Part shown: piece after piece, positions 9,772-19,476 of the stretch
Position numbering within the stretch: the first letter of the stretch is position 1
Layout: each line of letters begins with the position of its first letter
From: an uncultured Candidatus Binatia bacterium
Lineage (GTDB): Bacteria; Desulfobacterota; Binatia; UBA9968; JAJDTQ01
NCBI GenBank assembly: GCA_965213675.1
Contig: OZ243916.1
Coordinates: 1,024,001-1,088,000, forward strand
DNA length: 64,000 nucleotides
Direction of reading: 5' to 3'
The notes under the pieces: model-generated
Database searches by the model: none
The model's input: only the letters and a program-made list of their open reading frames with translations
What the model was told of the DNA's origin: nothing
Position numbers and translations under genes: made by a program

Positions 9772-11007
9772 TCATGAACCGTGTATCCGTTTGTTCACGG
9801 CATCGATGGAACAGTCGAGGGGCTCCGGTGGATCCACCGCCCGCAGCGCGGCATCCACGTCCTTGAGGCCGTGGCCGGTGGAAAGCACGACGATGCGTTC
9901 CGTGGGGGAGACGTCACCGCGGTCCACGAGCTTCACCAGCGCGGCCACCGCGGCCGCGGCCGCGGGTTCCGCAAACAGTCCGGCCGTCCTTCCCAGAAGC
10001 GGCATGGCTTCGAGAATCTCGCCGTCGGAGACGCTCACCGCGGCGCCGCCGGAGGCGCGCAGGTCCTGGAGCGCCATGACTCCGTTCCGCGGCAGCGCCA
10101 CGCTGATGCTGTCGGCGAGGGTGTTCTCCGTCACCGGCCGGATGGCGCCGTCGCCGTCGAAGGCACGCTTGATCGACTGCGAGCCTTCGGCCTGTGCGGC
10201 AACCAGGCGCGGCAGCCGGGAAATCCATCCCAGCCGATGAAGGTCCGTGAACCCCTTCCAGACACCGCTGAGGATGCAGCCGTCGCCCACGGCGACGAGG
10301 ACCGTATCGGGCGGCTCCCATTGGAGTTGCTCGGCGATCTCCAGCGCCGCGGTCTTCTTTCCCTCCACCGTGTAGGGGTTGTAGCCGGTGTTCCGGTTGT
10401 ACCATCCAAAGCGCTCGCAGGCTTCGACGCACAGGCTGAAAGCCTCGGAATAGCTGCCGCGGACGGCGAGTACGTCCGCGCCGAAGATCAGGAGCTGCGC
10501 CACCTTGGCCCGTGGCGCGGTCTCGGGAACGAGGATGTGGCAGCGCTGTCCCAGCGACGCCGACAGGCACGCCAGCGACGCCCCCGCGTTGCCGGTGGAC
10601 GCGGTGGCGCACTCGCGCCGGCCCAGCTCCGCACCCTTGAGCAGCACCAGTGAGCTTGCGCGGTCCTTGAGGGAGGCCGAAGGATTGGCAGTGTCGTCCT
10701 TGACCCACAGCCGCTCCAGGCCCAGGGCTTTCCTGAGACCCGGCGCCGGATAGAGCGGCGTTCCGCCCACCGCCAGCGGAAAATCGACCCGGCCGGCCGC
10801 CAGGGGAAGCATCGGCAGATAGCGCCAGTGGTCGCGAAAGGGAATTCCCGCAAGGCTGTCGCGGCTCGCCGCCGCGCGCATTCGATCGTAATCGTAGGAG
10901 ACCCGCAGCGTCCCCAGTTCGCCACACGTCGGGCAACTGTATCGGTTGGGATCCTCCGGGTACGCGGCGCCGCACAGAACGCAGGTCAGGCATTCGGGAA
11001 GGGGCAT
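9772..11007 (-). CDS. thrC: Threonine synthase-like PLP enzyme
   Basis: N-terminal CxxC..CxxC, NPSASLKDR, ASTGNAG, EGKKT, EPAAAA, TGHGLKD. Confidence 0.85.
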   Translation of the reverse strand: MPLPECLTCVLCGAAYPEDPNRYSCPTCGELGTLRVSYDYDRMRAAASRDSLAGIPFRDHWRYLPMLPLAAGRVDFPLAVGGTPLYPAPGLRKALGLERLWVKDDTANPSASLKDRASSLVLLKGAELGRRECATASTGNAGASLACLSASLGQRCHILVPETAPRAKVAQLLIFGADVLAVRGSYSEAFSLCVEACERFGWYNRNTGYNPYTVEGKKTAALEIAEQLQWEPPDTVLVAVGDGCILSGVWKGFTDLHRLGWISRLPRLVAAQAEGSQSIKRAFDGDGAIRPVTENTLADSISVALPRNGVMALQDLRASGGAAVSVSDGEILEAMPLLGRTAGLFAEPAAAAAVAALVKLVDRGDVSPTERIVVLSTGHGLKDVDAALRAVDPPEPLDCSIDAVNKRIHGS

Positions 11008-11176
11008 CGTCAGTGTCCAGTCCGAACGGAGTCCTTCCACGTAGCCTCGCAGCGCCAGTCCCGGACGCTGTCCAACGCCACGGGTGGAACCCACGTGGAT
11101 GCGGTGTTCCGTTCGTGCCGAGTCCGTCGACGAGGCTCGGGGCAGGCGCTGCGAAGTCGAATGCCGTGGTTCACGA

Positions 11177-12211
11177 CTACCGCACGATGTGCAGGTTCCG
11201 CCGCGCCAGGTTGGCCCGGTCCTCCTCGCGGATGGGGTGGTCGCGATCCGGGATCTCGGCGGTCGGCTCGTTGCCGAAGAGCGGGGTGGAGAAGTAGCGC
11301 ATGCCGGTGTCGTTGATCATGGTGACGATCATCCTCGTGGACGGCAGCGCCGCCGCGAGCTTGTTGGCCGCGGCCACGTTGCATCCGGACGAGATGCCGC
11401 ACAACACCCCCTCTTCCCGCGCCAGGCGCCGCGCCATGGCGATGGAGTCCTCGGACGAGACCGTCACCACGCCGTCCACATAGTCGAGGTCCAGGTTCTC
11501 CGGGATGAAACCGTCGCCGATGCCCTCGATGGCATGGGGGCCCCAGGCGCCGCCGGACAGGATCGGACATTCCTCGGGCTCCACGGCGTAGATCCTGGCG
11601 TCCGGATTCTGCTCCTTCAGGTACTTGCCGACCCCGGACACGGTACCGCCGCTGCCCTGGGAGGCCACGAACACGTCCACCTGGCCGTCGGTCTGGCACC
11701 AGATCTCGGGACCGGTGGTTTCGTAATGGGCCGCGATGTTGTCCCGGTTGGAGAACTGGCCGGGTTCCCAGTAACGGTCCGGTTCGGCGCGCTTGAGCTC
11801 CTCCACCTTTTCCAGGCACAGGTCCACGTCGCTCTCCGCCCCGGGGGTCAGCACCAGCTCGGCGCCGTAGGCGCGCATGGAGGCCTTGCGCTCCTCGCTC
11901 ATGCCCTCGGGCATCACCACTACCACCGGGTAACCGCACACCGCGCCGATCATGGAGGTGGCGATGCCGGTGCTGCCGGTGGAGGCTTCCAGAATGGTCA
12001 TGCCGGGCCGGAGCTCGCCACGCGCCTCCGCGCTTCGCACCATGCGTCGCAGGATGCGGTCCTTGAGACTCGACGACGGGTTCATGAATTCCAGCTTGCC
12101 ACACAGCGTCTGCGGCCCTGCCGCCACCTTGCGCAACCGCAGGAGCGGCGTGAGACCCGCGGCCTCCGTGATGTCCTCCGCGATCCGTCCGCGGGATGTC
12201 CAATCCGTCAT
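11177..12211 (-). CDS. PLP-dependent cysteine synthase family protein
   Basis: KLEFMNPSSSLKDR, EASTGSTG, GSGGT, HAIEGIG, GISSG. Confidence 0.9.
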   Translation of the reverse strand: MTDWTSRGRIAEDITEAAGLTPLLRLRKVAAGPQTLCGKLEFMNPSSSLKDRILRRMVRSAEARGELRPGMTILEASTGSTGIATSMIGAVCGYPVVVVMPEGMSEERKASMRAYGAELVLTPGAESDVDLCLEKVEELKRAEPDRYWEPGQFSNRDNIAAHYETTGPEIWCQTDGQVDVFVASQGSGGTVSGVGKYLKEQNPDARIYAVEPEECPILSGGAWGPHAIEGIGDGFIPENLDLDYVDGVVTVSSEDSIAMARRLAREEGVLCGISSGCNVAAANKLAAALPSTRMIVTMINDTGMRYFSTPLFGNEPTAEIPDRDHPIREEDRANLARRNLHIVR

Positions 12212-12249
12212 GGTGGTCCTTTTCAAGACAATCTCAAACGACCCGTGTC

Positions 12250-13122
12250 TCAGATCCCCAGCATCGCCCGCGGGTTGTCCACGATGAGCTTCTCCACGTT
12301 GCGCGGCGACACGCCCTTCTCGTACAACCCCTGAGCGTAGAGCCACAGCGCCTCAGGCGGAAGCGGGTTGTGGGACTGGCCCGTGTCGCTCATGACCACG
12401 CAGTTGTCAAAGCCCATGGCGTCCATGACGTCCTTGGTGAATTCCAGGTTCACGTACGCCCACATGGGCGAGATGGTGCAGTAGCCGAACTCGCCCAAGG
12501 CGCCGTAGCGCATCATCTGCTTCAGGAACTCCAGGTTCATGCCCGCGGGCACACGGAAGTAGGGATGGGTGATGAGGATCTTCTTGACCCCGCGCTCGTG
12601 GGCCGCCTTCACCAGGAGCTCGATTTCGCCAAGGGAGAGGTGCGCCGTGCCCAGAATGGCGTCGTACTTGGCGATGAGTTCCAGCACCACCAGGGCCTCG
12701 TCCACCACCTTGCCGTCCTTGACCGCGGAGATGGGCTCGCCCCACACGAAGTCGGAGCCGCTGGTCTGGGTGTCGTAGCTGCCGCGGGCGCCGTGGACGT
12801 CCACATGGTGCGCCGCGTCGATGGTGGGCATCCAGATTTCCTTGGCGCCTAGCCGCAGCCCCACTTCGGCCGCGGCCGGATTGATGCCGCCGACAAACTG
12901 GTTCATGACCACGCCGCCGAACACCTTGATGTCCGGGAACTCCTTCTGGATGAGATAGGCGCGGCTCACCGTGCTCTCGTGGTGGCACTTCAGCACGATG
13001 GCCGACATGCCCGCGTCCGCGGCGGCCTTGACCGCTTCCCGGTCATCCACCCGGCGCTGGAATACGCACGGATAGGAGTGCACATGCAGATCCACCGCGC
13101 CCTCGAGCTTCATGAATTCCAT
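12250..13122 (-). CDS. Metal-dependent hydrolase, amidohydrolase-like (DUF6282-type)
   Basis: DLHVH, KCHH, GGINP, WMPT, ITHP, SDTGQ; GGAGG RBS before ATG 13122; paralogue at 42244. Confidence 0.75.
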   Translation of the reverse strand: MEFMKLEGAVDLHVHSYPCVFQRRVDDREAVKAAADAGMSAIVLKCHHESTVSRAYLIQKEFPDIKVFGGVVMNQFVGGINPAAAEVGLRLGAKEIWMPTIDAAHHVDVHGARGSYDTQTSGSDFVWGEPISAVKDGKVVDEALVVLELIAKYDAILGTAHLSLGEIELLVKAAHERGVKKILITHPYFRVPAGMNLEFLKQMMRYGALGEFGYCTISPMWAYVNLEFTKDVMDAMGFDNCVVMSDTGQSHNPLPPEALWLYAQGLYEKGVSPRNVEKLIVDNPRAMLGI

Positions 13123-13284
13123 GGGGTTCCTCCCTCCGCTATGCCCGGCCACCGTCATGAGTGTGAAAAACACCAACTCGGTCATTCATGGCGTCAAGAA
13201 CCTGTATCCCCCAGAAACCTGCGCCGCAGGGATTCGCGAAAGCGGGAACGACGATTCGCGACGTCGGTGTCATTTCCTCTTCCG

Positions 13285-13974
13285 TCATCCCATTCCCAGC
13301 AATTCCAGGCCCAGTTCCCGGGCCACGGCGCCGAGGGCGGCCTGATTGCTGGTGACAATGGGCAGATCATACGCCGCCTGGAGTTGCGGCAACGTGGCCA
13401 CCGCCTGGAAGTTGGTGCACGAGATGAACAACGCGTCGACGTCCGGCGCCGCCCCCAGCCTTTCCTGGGCGAAGGCCAGGATCTCCGGCGGCTCCACCAG
13501 CGCCAGGTTGAAGTTGACGCTGATTCCCATGCCATGGATGGACGCTACTTCAATGCCGTCGTCCTCCACGCTGGCCTTGATGCGCGCGTTGAGATCTTCG
13601 ATGTACGGGGTGAGCACGGCCACGCGCCGCACCTTCAGATCCATGAGCTTGCGCCGCACCGACTCGATGACGCTTACCGTGGGCTTGCCGGTGACATCCG
13701 AGATGCGCCGGCACAGTTCCGCGTCGTAGGCGTTGCCCCGAAGCGCCCCGGCGCTGGTGCAGCCAAACACCACCACGTGCGGCTTCGCGGTGGCCACGTC
13801 GCCGGCGGCGGGCAGGCAGTGCTCGTCGAGCATCGCTTCCTCGCCCTTCACCGTGGTCGCCTCCATGTACATCCGTCCCGGATGGACCGTGGCCGGCGCC
13901 GGCAGATGGCGGTAGAAGTCCACCTCCATGACGGTGTTGGACGAGGGAATGAGCAGGCCGACTCGATGTGTCAT
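13285..13974 (-). CDS. Maleate cis-trans isomerase / Asp-Glu racemase family
   Basis: GLLIPSSNTVME, FGCTS, LTPY, ISCTNF, VTSNQA (two catalytic Cys motifs). Confidence 0.9.
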   Translation of the reverse strand: MTHRVGLLIPSSNTVMEVDFYRHLPAPATVHPGRMYMEATTVKGEEAMLDEHCLPAAGDVATAKPHVVVFGCTSAGALRGNAYDAELCRRISDVTGKPTVSVIESVRRKLMDLKVRRVAVLTPYIEDLNARIKASVEDDGIEVASIHGMGISVNFNLALVEPPEILAFAQERLGAAPDVDALFISCTNFQAVATLPQLQAAYDLPIVTSNQAALGAVARELGLELLGMG

Positions 13975-13998
13975 TGCGTTGCCTTCCGCGCCCCCGCC

Positions 13999-15012
13999 TC
14001 AGTCGTCGCTGAACTCGCCCCGGGTACGGGCCTCCTGGATGGCGAAGAACACCCGTTCAGGGGTGATGGGGGTTTCGGTAATGCGAATGCCGATGGCGTC
14101 GTAAATGGCGTTCAGGATCGCCGGCGTGGTGGGGATGGTGGCGGGCTCGGCCACGCCCTTGGCGCCGAACGGGCCACGGGGGTCGGGCACCTCCACGATC
14201 TCGCACTCGATGTCGGGAACGTCCATGGCGGTGGGCACCAGGTAGAACGCCAGCGAATGGGTGCGCGGGATGCCGCCTTCCAGGATATGCTGTTCGTAGA
14301 GGCCGTAGCCCAGCCCCATGGCGGCGCCGCCCTCGATCTGTCCTTCCACCGCCACCGGATTGATGGCCTTGCCGGCGTCCGTGGCCGACACCAGTTTGGT
14401 GAGGCGCACGCGACCGGTGTCGGTATCCACTTCCACTTCCGCCAGTTGCGTGGCCCAGCCGTAGGTGGCGTAGGCGTCCCCCTGGGAAGTCTCCGGGTCC
14501 ACGTCCGCGGTGGTGTTGTCGTGCCAGCCCCAGGCGGCGGCGCGCCGTCCGTGAAAGTGAAGCTGATGCGCCACCTTGCCCACGGACACCAGCTCGCGCC
14601 CCGACTCCATCTCGCACACCTGTCCGCGCCGCACCGCGAGGTTTTCCTTCGGGCACTCCAGCATGCGCGAGGCCATGTCCAGAATCTGTGCCCGCAACTC
14701 CGCGGCGGCGTTCTGCACCGCCACCCCCTGGACAAAGGTGGCGCGGCTGCCCGAGGTGGGACCGGCGTCCGGGGTGCTGCCGGTGTCCGCCGCCACCACG
14801 CGAATCTGGTCGGGCTCGATGCCCAGTTCTTCGGCGGCGACCTGGGTGACCACGGTCATGACGCCCTGCCCCATGTCGCAGGCGCCCGAGTAGATCGTGG
14901 TGGTGCCGTCCTCGGCCATCTCGATCTCGGCCGAGCCGATGTCGGCCCGGCTGAAGCCGTAGCCGATGCCGTAGTACATGGAGCCGATCCCCAACCCTTT
15001 TCGTATCGCCAT
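13999..15012 (-). CDS. Molybdenum hydroxylase, C-terminal (medium) Mo-binding subunit
   Basis: DMGQG, GPTSGSRAT, EGQIEGG, GAKGVAEP; start MAIRKG (alternative 15033). Confidence 0.9.
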   Translation of the reverse strand: MAIRKGLGIGSMYYGIGYGFSRADIGSAEIEMAEDGTTTIYSGACDMGQGVMTVVTQVAAEELGIEPDQIRVVAADTGSTPDAGPTSGSRATFVQGVAVQNAAAELRAQILDMASRMLECPKENLAVRRGQVCEMESGRELVSVGKVAHQLHFHGRRAAAWGWHDNTTADVDPETSQGDAYATYGWATQLAEVEVDTDTGRVRLTKLVSATDAGKAINPVAVEGQIEGGAAMGLGYGLYEQHILEGGIPRTHSLAFYLVPTAMDVPDIECEIVEVPDPRGPFGAKGVAEPATIPTTPAILNAIYDAIGIRITETPITPERVFFAIQEARTRGEFSDD

Positions 15013-15029
15013 GGCCGTCCACTCCGCCG

Positions 15030-16361
15030 TCAAGACTGTGCCGTCGCGCCCCCGCGGTTGAAGCGCATGTCGTGCGCGCTCATGTAGTCCTTGATGCGTT
15101 GCAGCGTCGCCTCGATGCCGCAGCCCTCGTTCATCAACTGTCCCGTGGAAGAGGCCAGCCCCGGCTTGAGGCAGTTCTTCAGGCGAAACTCCAGCGGCGA
15201 CAGGCCCAGCTTGTGCGCCAACTGATCCATCTGGGATTCGTGGGCCACCGCCGCCTGCATTACGCCGAAGCCGCGCATGGCCCCGGAGATGAGATTGTTG
15301 GTGTAGAGCGTATAGGTGTCCACCCGGATGTGAGGCACGTCGTAGGGGCCGGTGGCGTGGATGCCGGCCTTCTTGACGACGTACGCGCCCAGGGAAACTC
15401 CCGAACCGGTGTCGCCGTAGATGTCGCCGTCCAGGAAGGTGAGCCGCCCGTCGGCGCTGGCGCCGGTGCGGAAGCGCATGGCCATGGGGTGGCGCTTGGT
15501 GTTGGCGATCAGCGATTCCTCACGGGTGTAGACCAGGCGCACCGGGCGGCGCGTCTTGAGCGCCAGCAGCCCCACGTGGATCTCGGCGGTAATGTCATCC
15601 TTGCGTCCGAAGCCGCCGCCGATGGGCGCCTGAATCACCCGCACCTTGTTCATGGGGAGGTCCAGGGCCGGCGCGATCTGCCGGCGGTCACGGTAGGGAT
15701 ACTGGGTGCCCACCAGGATATGGAGCACCCCGGACGGATCGACATAGGCCAGTCCCGCTTCGGGCTCCATGGGGACGTGGTCCATGCGGTGGGTGTGGTA
15801 GGAGTTCTCCACGATCACGGCTGACTCCTGAACCCCCTTGTCCAGGTCGCCCTTGCGCACCGTGGTGTGCTGGAAGACGTTGCCGCCCTCGTGAATCTGC
15901 GGCGCGTCCGGGTCCAGCGCGTCGGCGTAGGTGAGGATCGGCCGCAGGTGCTCGACGTGCACCTTGATCTTCGAGACCGCCTCTTCCGCCGCCTCCTCGT
16001 CGTCCGCCGCCACCAGCGCCACGGCGTCGCCCACGGAGCGCACCTTGTCTTCCGCCAAGGCGCACTGATCGGGCACCGCCAGGCCGAAGCGGTTGGTGCC
16101 GGGCACGTCCGCGGCGGTGAGCACGGCGTGGACACCGGGCACCCGCTCGGCCTCGCTGGTATCGATGCGCTTGATCACCCCGTGGGGCGTGTCCGCCCAC
16201 AGGATCTTGCCGTGGAGCATACCCGGCACCACCATGTCGCCCACGTACTCGGTGGCGCCCAGGGTCTTCTCGAGGGCGTCCGGCTTGGTGACGTTCCTGC
16301 CGATCCAGTGATACGGACCCTGGCTCTGTCCGGCGGACGCGGTGGAGGGATCTTCGCTCAT
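15030..16361 (-). CDS. Molybdenum hydroxylase, N-terminal (large) Mo-binding subunit
   Basis: HVPMEPE, GGGFGRK, TKRHP, AMRGFG. Confidence 0.92.
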   Translation of the reverse strand: MSEDPSTASAGQSQGPYHWIGRNVTKPDALEKTLGATEYVGDMVVPGMLHGKILWADTPHGVIKRIDTSEAERVPGVHAVLTAADVPGTNRFGLAVPDQCALAEDKVRSVGDAVALVAADDEEAAEEAVSKIKVHVEHLRPILTYADALDPDAPQIHEGGNVFQHTTVRKGDLDKGVQESAVIVENSYHTHRMDHVPMEPEAGLAYVDPSGVLHILVGTQYPYRDRRQIAPALDLPMNKVRVIQAPIGGGFGRKDDITAEIHVGLLALKTRRPVRLVYTREESLIANTKRHPMAMRFRTGASADGRLTFLDGDIYGDTGSGVSLGAYVVKKAGIHATGPYDVPHIRVDTYTLYTNNLISGAMRGFGVMQAAVAHESQMDQLAHKLGLSPLEFRLKNCLKPGLASSTGQLMNEGCGIEATLQRIKDYMSAHDMRFNRGGATAQS

Positions 16362-16855
16362 GACGCCACGCCTCCGTTCCCTGCCTGTTCCTTCATGGCC
16401 ACGGCCGCCGCCCGCACCGCCTTGACGATCTTGCCGTAACCCGTGCAGCGGCAGATATTGCCGGCGATGGCGAACCGGATCTCCTCATCGGTGGGGTCGG
16501 CGTTGTCCTGCAGCAGCGCATAGGCGCTCATGATCATGCCCGGCGTGCAATAGCCGCACTGGACGCCGCCCTGCTCCACCATCTGGCGCTGGATGGGGTG
16601 TGGAACGCCTTCCTCGGCCAGCGCTTCGATGGTGACGATGTCCCGGTCCGCCGCGTCCGCCAGCAACACCAGGCAGGCAACCACCGGGCGCCCGTCCAGC
16701 AACACCGTGCACGAACCGCACTCGGCCTCGTTGCAGCCCTTCTTGCTGCCGGTGAGCCGGAGGGTCTCCCGCAGCACGTCCAGCAGAGACTCGCAGGCCT
16801 CGGCTTCCGCCTCCATGTCCCGGCCGTTCACCCGGAGCACATATCGCTGTTTCAT
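16358..16855 (-). CDS. Molybdenum hydroxylase 2x[2Fe-2S] subunit
   Basis: GCNEAECGSCTV, QCGYCTPG, GNICRCTGY. Confidence 0.95.
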   Translation of the reverse strand: MKQRYVLRVNGRDMEAEAEACESLLDVLRETLRLTGSKKGCNEAECGSCTVLLDGRPVVACLVLLADAADRDIVTIEALAEEGVPHPIQRQMVEQGGVQCGYCTPGMIMSAYALLQDNADPTDEEIRFAIAGNICRCTGYGKIVKAVRAAAVAMKEQAGNGGVAS

Positions 16856-17742
16856 GACGACTCCGTCCCGCCGCTGCTCCGCGCCCGTTCCACGGCCCGG
16901 CGCAGCACCCGCTGCACGAGGACGCGCACCATCTCCTTGCGATACGCCGCGGTGCCGCGAATATCGTCGATGGGGCGGCTTGCCTCCATGGCGGCGTCAC
17001 CGGCTCGCTGGAGCGACTCGGTCGTGGGCTCCCTGTCCCGCACCGCATCCTCCGCCGAGGGCGCCCGGATGGGTGTGGGCGCCACGGCGCCCAGGGCGAT
17101 GCGCACCGCCGCGATCCGCTGGCGCTCCGGATCCAGGGTAACCCAGGCCGCGGCGCTGGCGATGGCGATGTCCATGGCCGAACGCGGGGTGAAGCGTTCG
17201 AAGGCGTCGCCGCTGTGGGGCGCCGGCTCGGGCACGTCCACCGACAGCAGCAGTCCCGCGCTGCCCAGCACCGAGGCCCCCGGGCCCGCGAAGAAGTCCT
17301 CCACCGGCACGCTCTCCTGCCCGTGGTCGTTGCGAAGGCTCACCCTCGCCCCCAGCGCCATGAGAGGCGGTGCCGTGTCCGCCGACGGCGAGGCGTTGCA
17401 CAGGTTGCCGCCCACGCTGGCGATGTTCCGCAACTGCAACGATCCCACCACCCGGATCGCCTCGCACAGCGAGGGATAGCCGCGGGCCACCGCCGCCGCG
17501 GTTTCCAGGTCGCGCATGGGCGTACACGCGCCGATTCTGAGCCCGCCGCCACGCTCGCAACTCCAGTCGGCAAGTCCGGGGATGCGCTTGAGATTCACCA
17601 ATCCCTGGCACCGCGCCGCGCGCCGGCGCAACTGTATGACGATGTCGGTGCCGCCGGCAAGGGGCCTGCGCGTGCCGCCGCCTTCGCGCAGCAGTTCGCT
17701 CGCTTCGTCGAGGGAGGTCGGCTCGAAATAATCGAAGCGCAT
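16852..17742 (-). CDS. Molybdenum hydroxylase FAD-binding subunit
   Basis: LAGGTD, QLRNIASVGGNLCNASPSAD, PIDDIRG. Confidence 0.95.
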   Translation of the reverse strand: MRFDYFEPTSLDEASELLREGGGTRRPLAGGTDIVIQLRRRAARCQGLVNLKRIPGLADWSCERGGGLRIGACTPMRDLETAAAVARGYPSLCEAIRVVGSLQLRNIASVGGNLCNASPSADTAPPLMALGARVSLRNDHGQESVPVEDFFAGPGASVLGSAGLLLSVDVPEPAPHSGDAFERFTPRSAMDIAIASAAAWVTLDPERQRIAAVRIALGAVAPTPIRAPSAEDAVRDREPTTESLQRAGDAAMEASRPIDDIRGTAAYRKEMVRVLVQRVLRRAVERARSSGGTESS

Positions 17743-17745
17743 GGA

Positions 17746-18702
17746 TCACGCCCCCGCCGGCGCGCTCAGCTTGGGGATCACCTCCGAGGCGATGATCTCC
17801 AACTGCTCCGGCTGGTAGCGGTACGGGATCAGAATGATCCGATGGACGCCCGCGTCCACGTGGGCCTGGAGCTGCTCCACACATTGGTCCACGGTGCCAC
17901 GGATGGCGTGCTCGATGGTGGAATCGCTCCACTTGGCGATGTCCCACTCGGTGGAGAGCCAATGCCGCATGGGCGCGTCGGCTTCCTCGCGCGGAGGTCC
18001 CACGTAGATGGCCAACTGGTTGGTGGCCGTGAGCGACGAGGGGTCGCGTCCGGCCTGCTCCGCCGCCGCCAGCACCTTGGCCCAGCTCTTGGCGAAACCT
18101 TCCGGGGTATAGAAATAGGTCAGCCAACCGTCGCCCTTGCGCCCGGCCCGGCGCAGCACGCGGTCGATGTAGCCGCCGATGAGAACGGGCGGATGGGGTT
18201 TCTGCACCGGTTTGGGCAGGAGCACGGCCGAGCGCAGGTTCAACTCGTCCACCTGCTCGGTGACGAAGTCCTCGGTCCACAGCCGCAGCAGCAAGTCGAG
18301 GTTGCGCTCGAAGATGCGGCCGCGATCCTTGAAGGAGATGCCCACGGCGTCGAACTCACGGGCGTACCAGCCGGAAGCGGCCCCGAGGACGAGGCGGCCG
18401 TTGGAGATCTGGTCCAGGGTGCCCAGGACCTTGGCCGCCACCACGGGGTTGCGCAGCGGCAGCACCATCACCCCGGTGCCCAGGCGGACCCGTCGGGTGC
18501 GCACCGCGATGGCCGTGAGGATGGTGAGGGAATCCAGCACCGGGAAGCTCGGGTCCACGCCGAGGAGGATGTGGTCCCAGGCCCACAGCGACTCGAAGCC
18601 CAGTTCCTCCGCGTGTTCCGCGTAGCGGATCAATCCCTCCACGTCCGGGGTCTCACCCGGACCGACAAAGTTGCGAATGGCGACGCCAAACTGTACCGGC
18701 AT
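17746..18702 (-). CDS. LLM-class flavin/F420-dependent oxidoreductase
   Basis: AEELGFESLWAWDH, RLGTGV, LDQISNGRLVLG, PKPVQKPHPP. Confidence 0.9.
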   Translation of the reverse strand: MPVQFGVAIRNFVGPGETPDVEGLIRYAEHAEELGFESLWAWDHILLGVDPSFPVLDSLTILTAIAVRTRRVRLGTGVMVLPLRNPVVAAKVLGTLDQISNGRLVLGAASGWYAREFDAVGISFKDRGRIFERNLDLLLRLWTEDFVTEQVDELNLRSAVLLPKPVQKPHPPVLIGGYIDRVLRRAGRKGDGWLTYFYTPEGFAKSWAKVLAAAEQAGRDPSSLTATNQLAIYVGPPREEADAPMRHWLSTEWDIAKWSDSTIEHAIRGTVDQCVEQLQAHVDAGVHRIILIPYRYQPEQLEIIASEVIPKLSAPAGA

Positions 18703-18714
18703 GCGTTTTGACTC

Positions 18715-19476
18715 CTACCCCAGAAAGTTCCTTTCCGGGTCGATGCTGCGAAGGGTCTCCAACTCCTCGGCGCTGGGCGGGTCGGTGACCGGGAGGTCGT
18801 CGGGAACCGGCAGGTCAAAGCCGGTGTTGTCCCGCACCTGCTCGACGGTGACGCCGGGATGCAGGCTCTCCAAGCGCAGGCGCCGGCTCTGCGGATCGAA
18901 CGCCAGGGTGCCCAGGTGGGTGACGATGCGGCTCACCGTGCCAAAGACGAGACCGGCCTTGCGGCGCGAATCGCCGCCGGAAAGAAAACCCGGACTGGTC
19001 ACGAAGTCCACATTGGGCACGAAACGGCGCCGCTCGTGCATGGTCACCACCATCACCCGGCGGCACAGCGAGATGATGTCGTTGGCGCCGCCGCTGCCCG
19101 GCAGGCGCACCTTGGGGCGTTCGTAGCTGCCGATGACGCTGGAGTTCAAGTTGCCGTAGGGGTCTATCTGCGCGCCGCCCACAAAGCCCACGTCCAGGAA
19201 CCCCCGCTGCGCGAACAGGAACGTATCGGTGATGCCCGGCAGCATCTGCGCCTGCGGCGCGGTACGCATCTCGTTGGTGGAGTACGGCAGCCGCCCGGGC
19301 ACCATGCGCGGCCCCATGCTGCCGCCCTCCACCACGATGACGAGCTGCGGCGCGCGCGTCTTCTGCGCCAGCACCGCGGACACCAGGGGCACGCCCACGC
19401 CCGCGAACACGGACGTGACCCCCGCGAGCTGGCGCGCCGCGACCACGGCCAGAAGTTCGGTGTCCGAGTAGCTCAT
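18715..19476 (-). CDS. CoA-transferase subunit B (glutaconate CoA-transferase-like)
   Basis: VVEGG, GGAQIDPYGNLNSS, RLPGSGGANDI, VDFVTSPG. Confidence 0.9.
   Translation of the reverse strand: MSYSDTELLAVVAARQLAGVTSVFAGVGVPLVSAVLAQKTRAPQLVIVVEGGSMGPRMVPGRLPYSTNEMRTAPQAQMLPGITDTFLFAQRGFLDVGFVGGAQIDPYGNLNSSVIGSYERPKVRLPGSGGANDIISLCRRVMVVTMHERRRFVPNVDFVTSPGFLSGGDSRRKAGLVFGTVSRIVTHLGTLAFDPQSRRLRLESLHPGVTVEQVRDNTGFDLPVPDDLPVTDPPSAEELETLRSIDPERNFLG

Noticed and set aside
12979-15087. Long antisense or alternate-frame ORFs (e.g. 702 aa here, 33863-35821, 45943-47610, 48049-49503)
   Set aside because: Shadow ORFs expected in high-GC DNA opposite well-supported genes; no recognisable motifs
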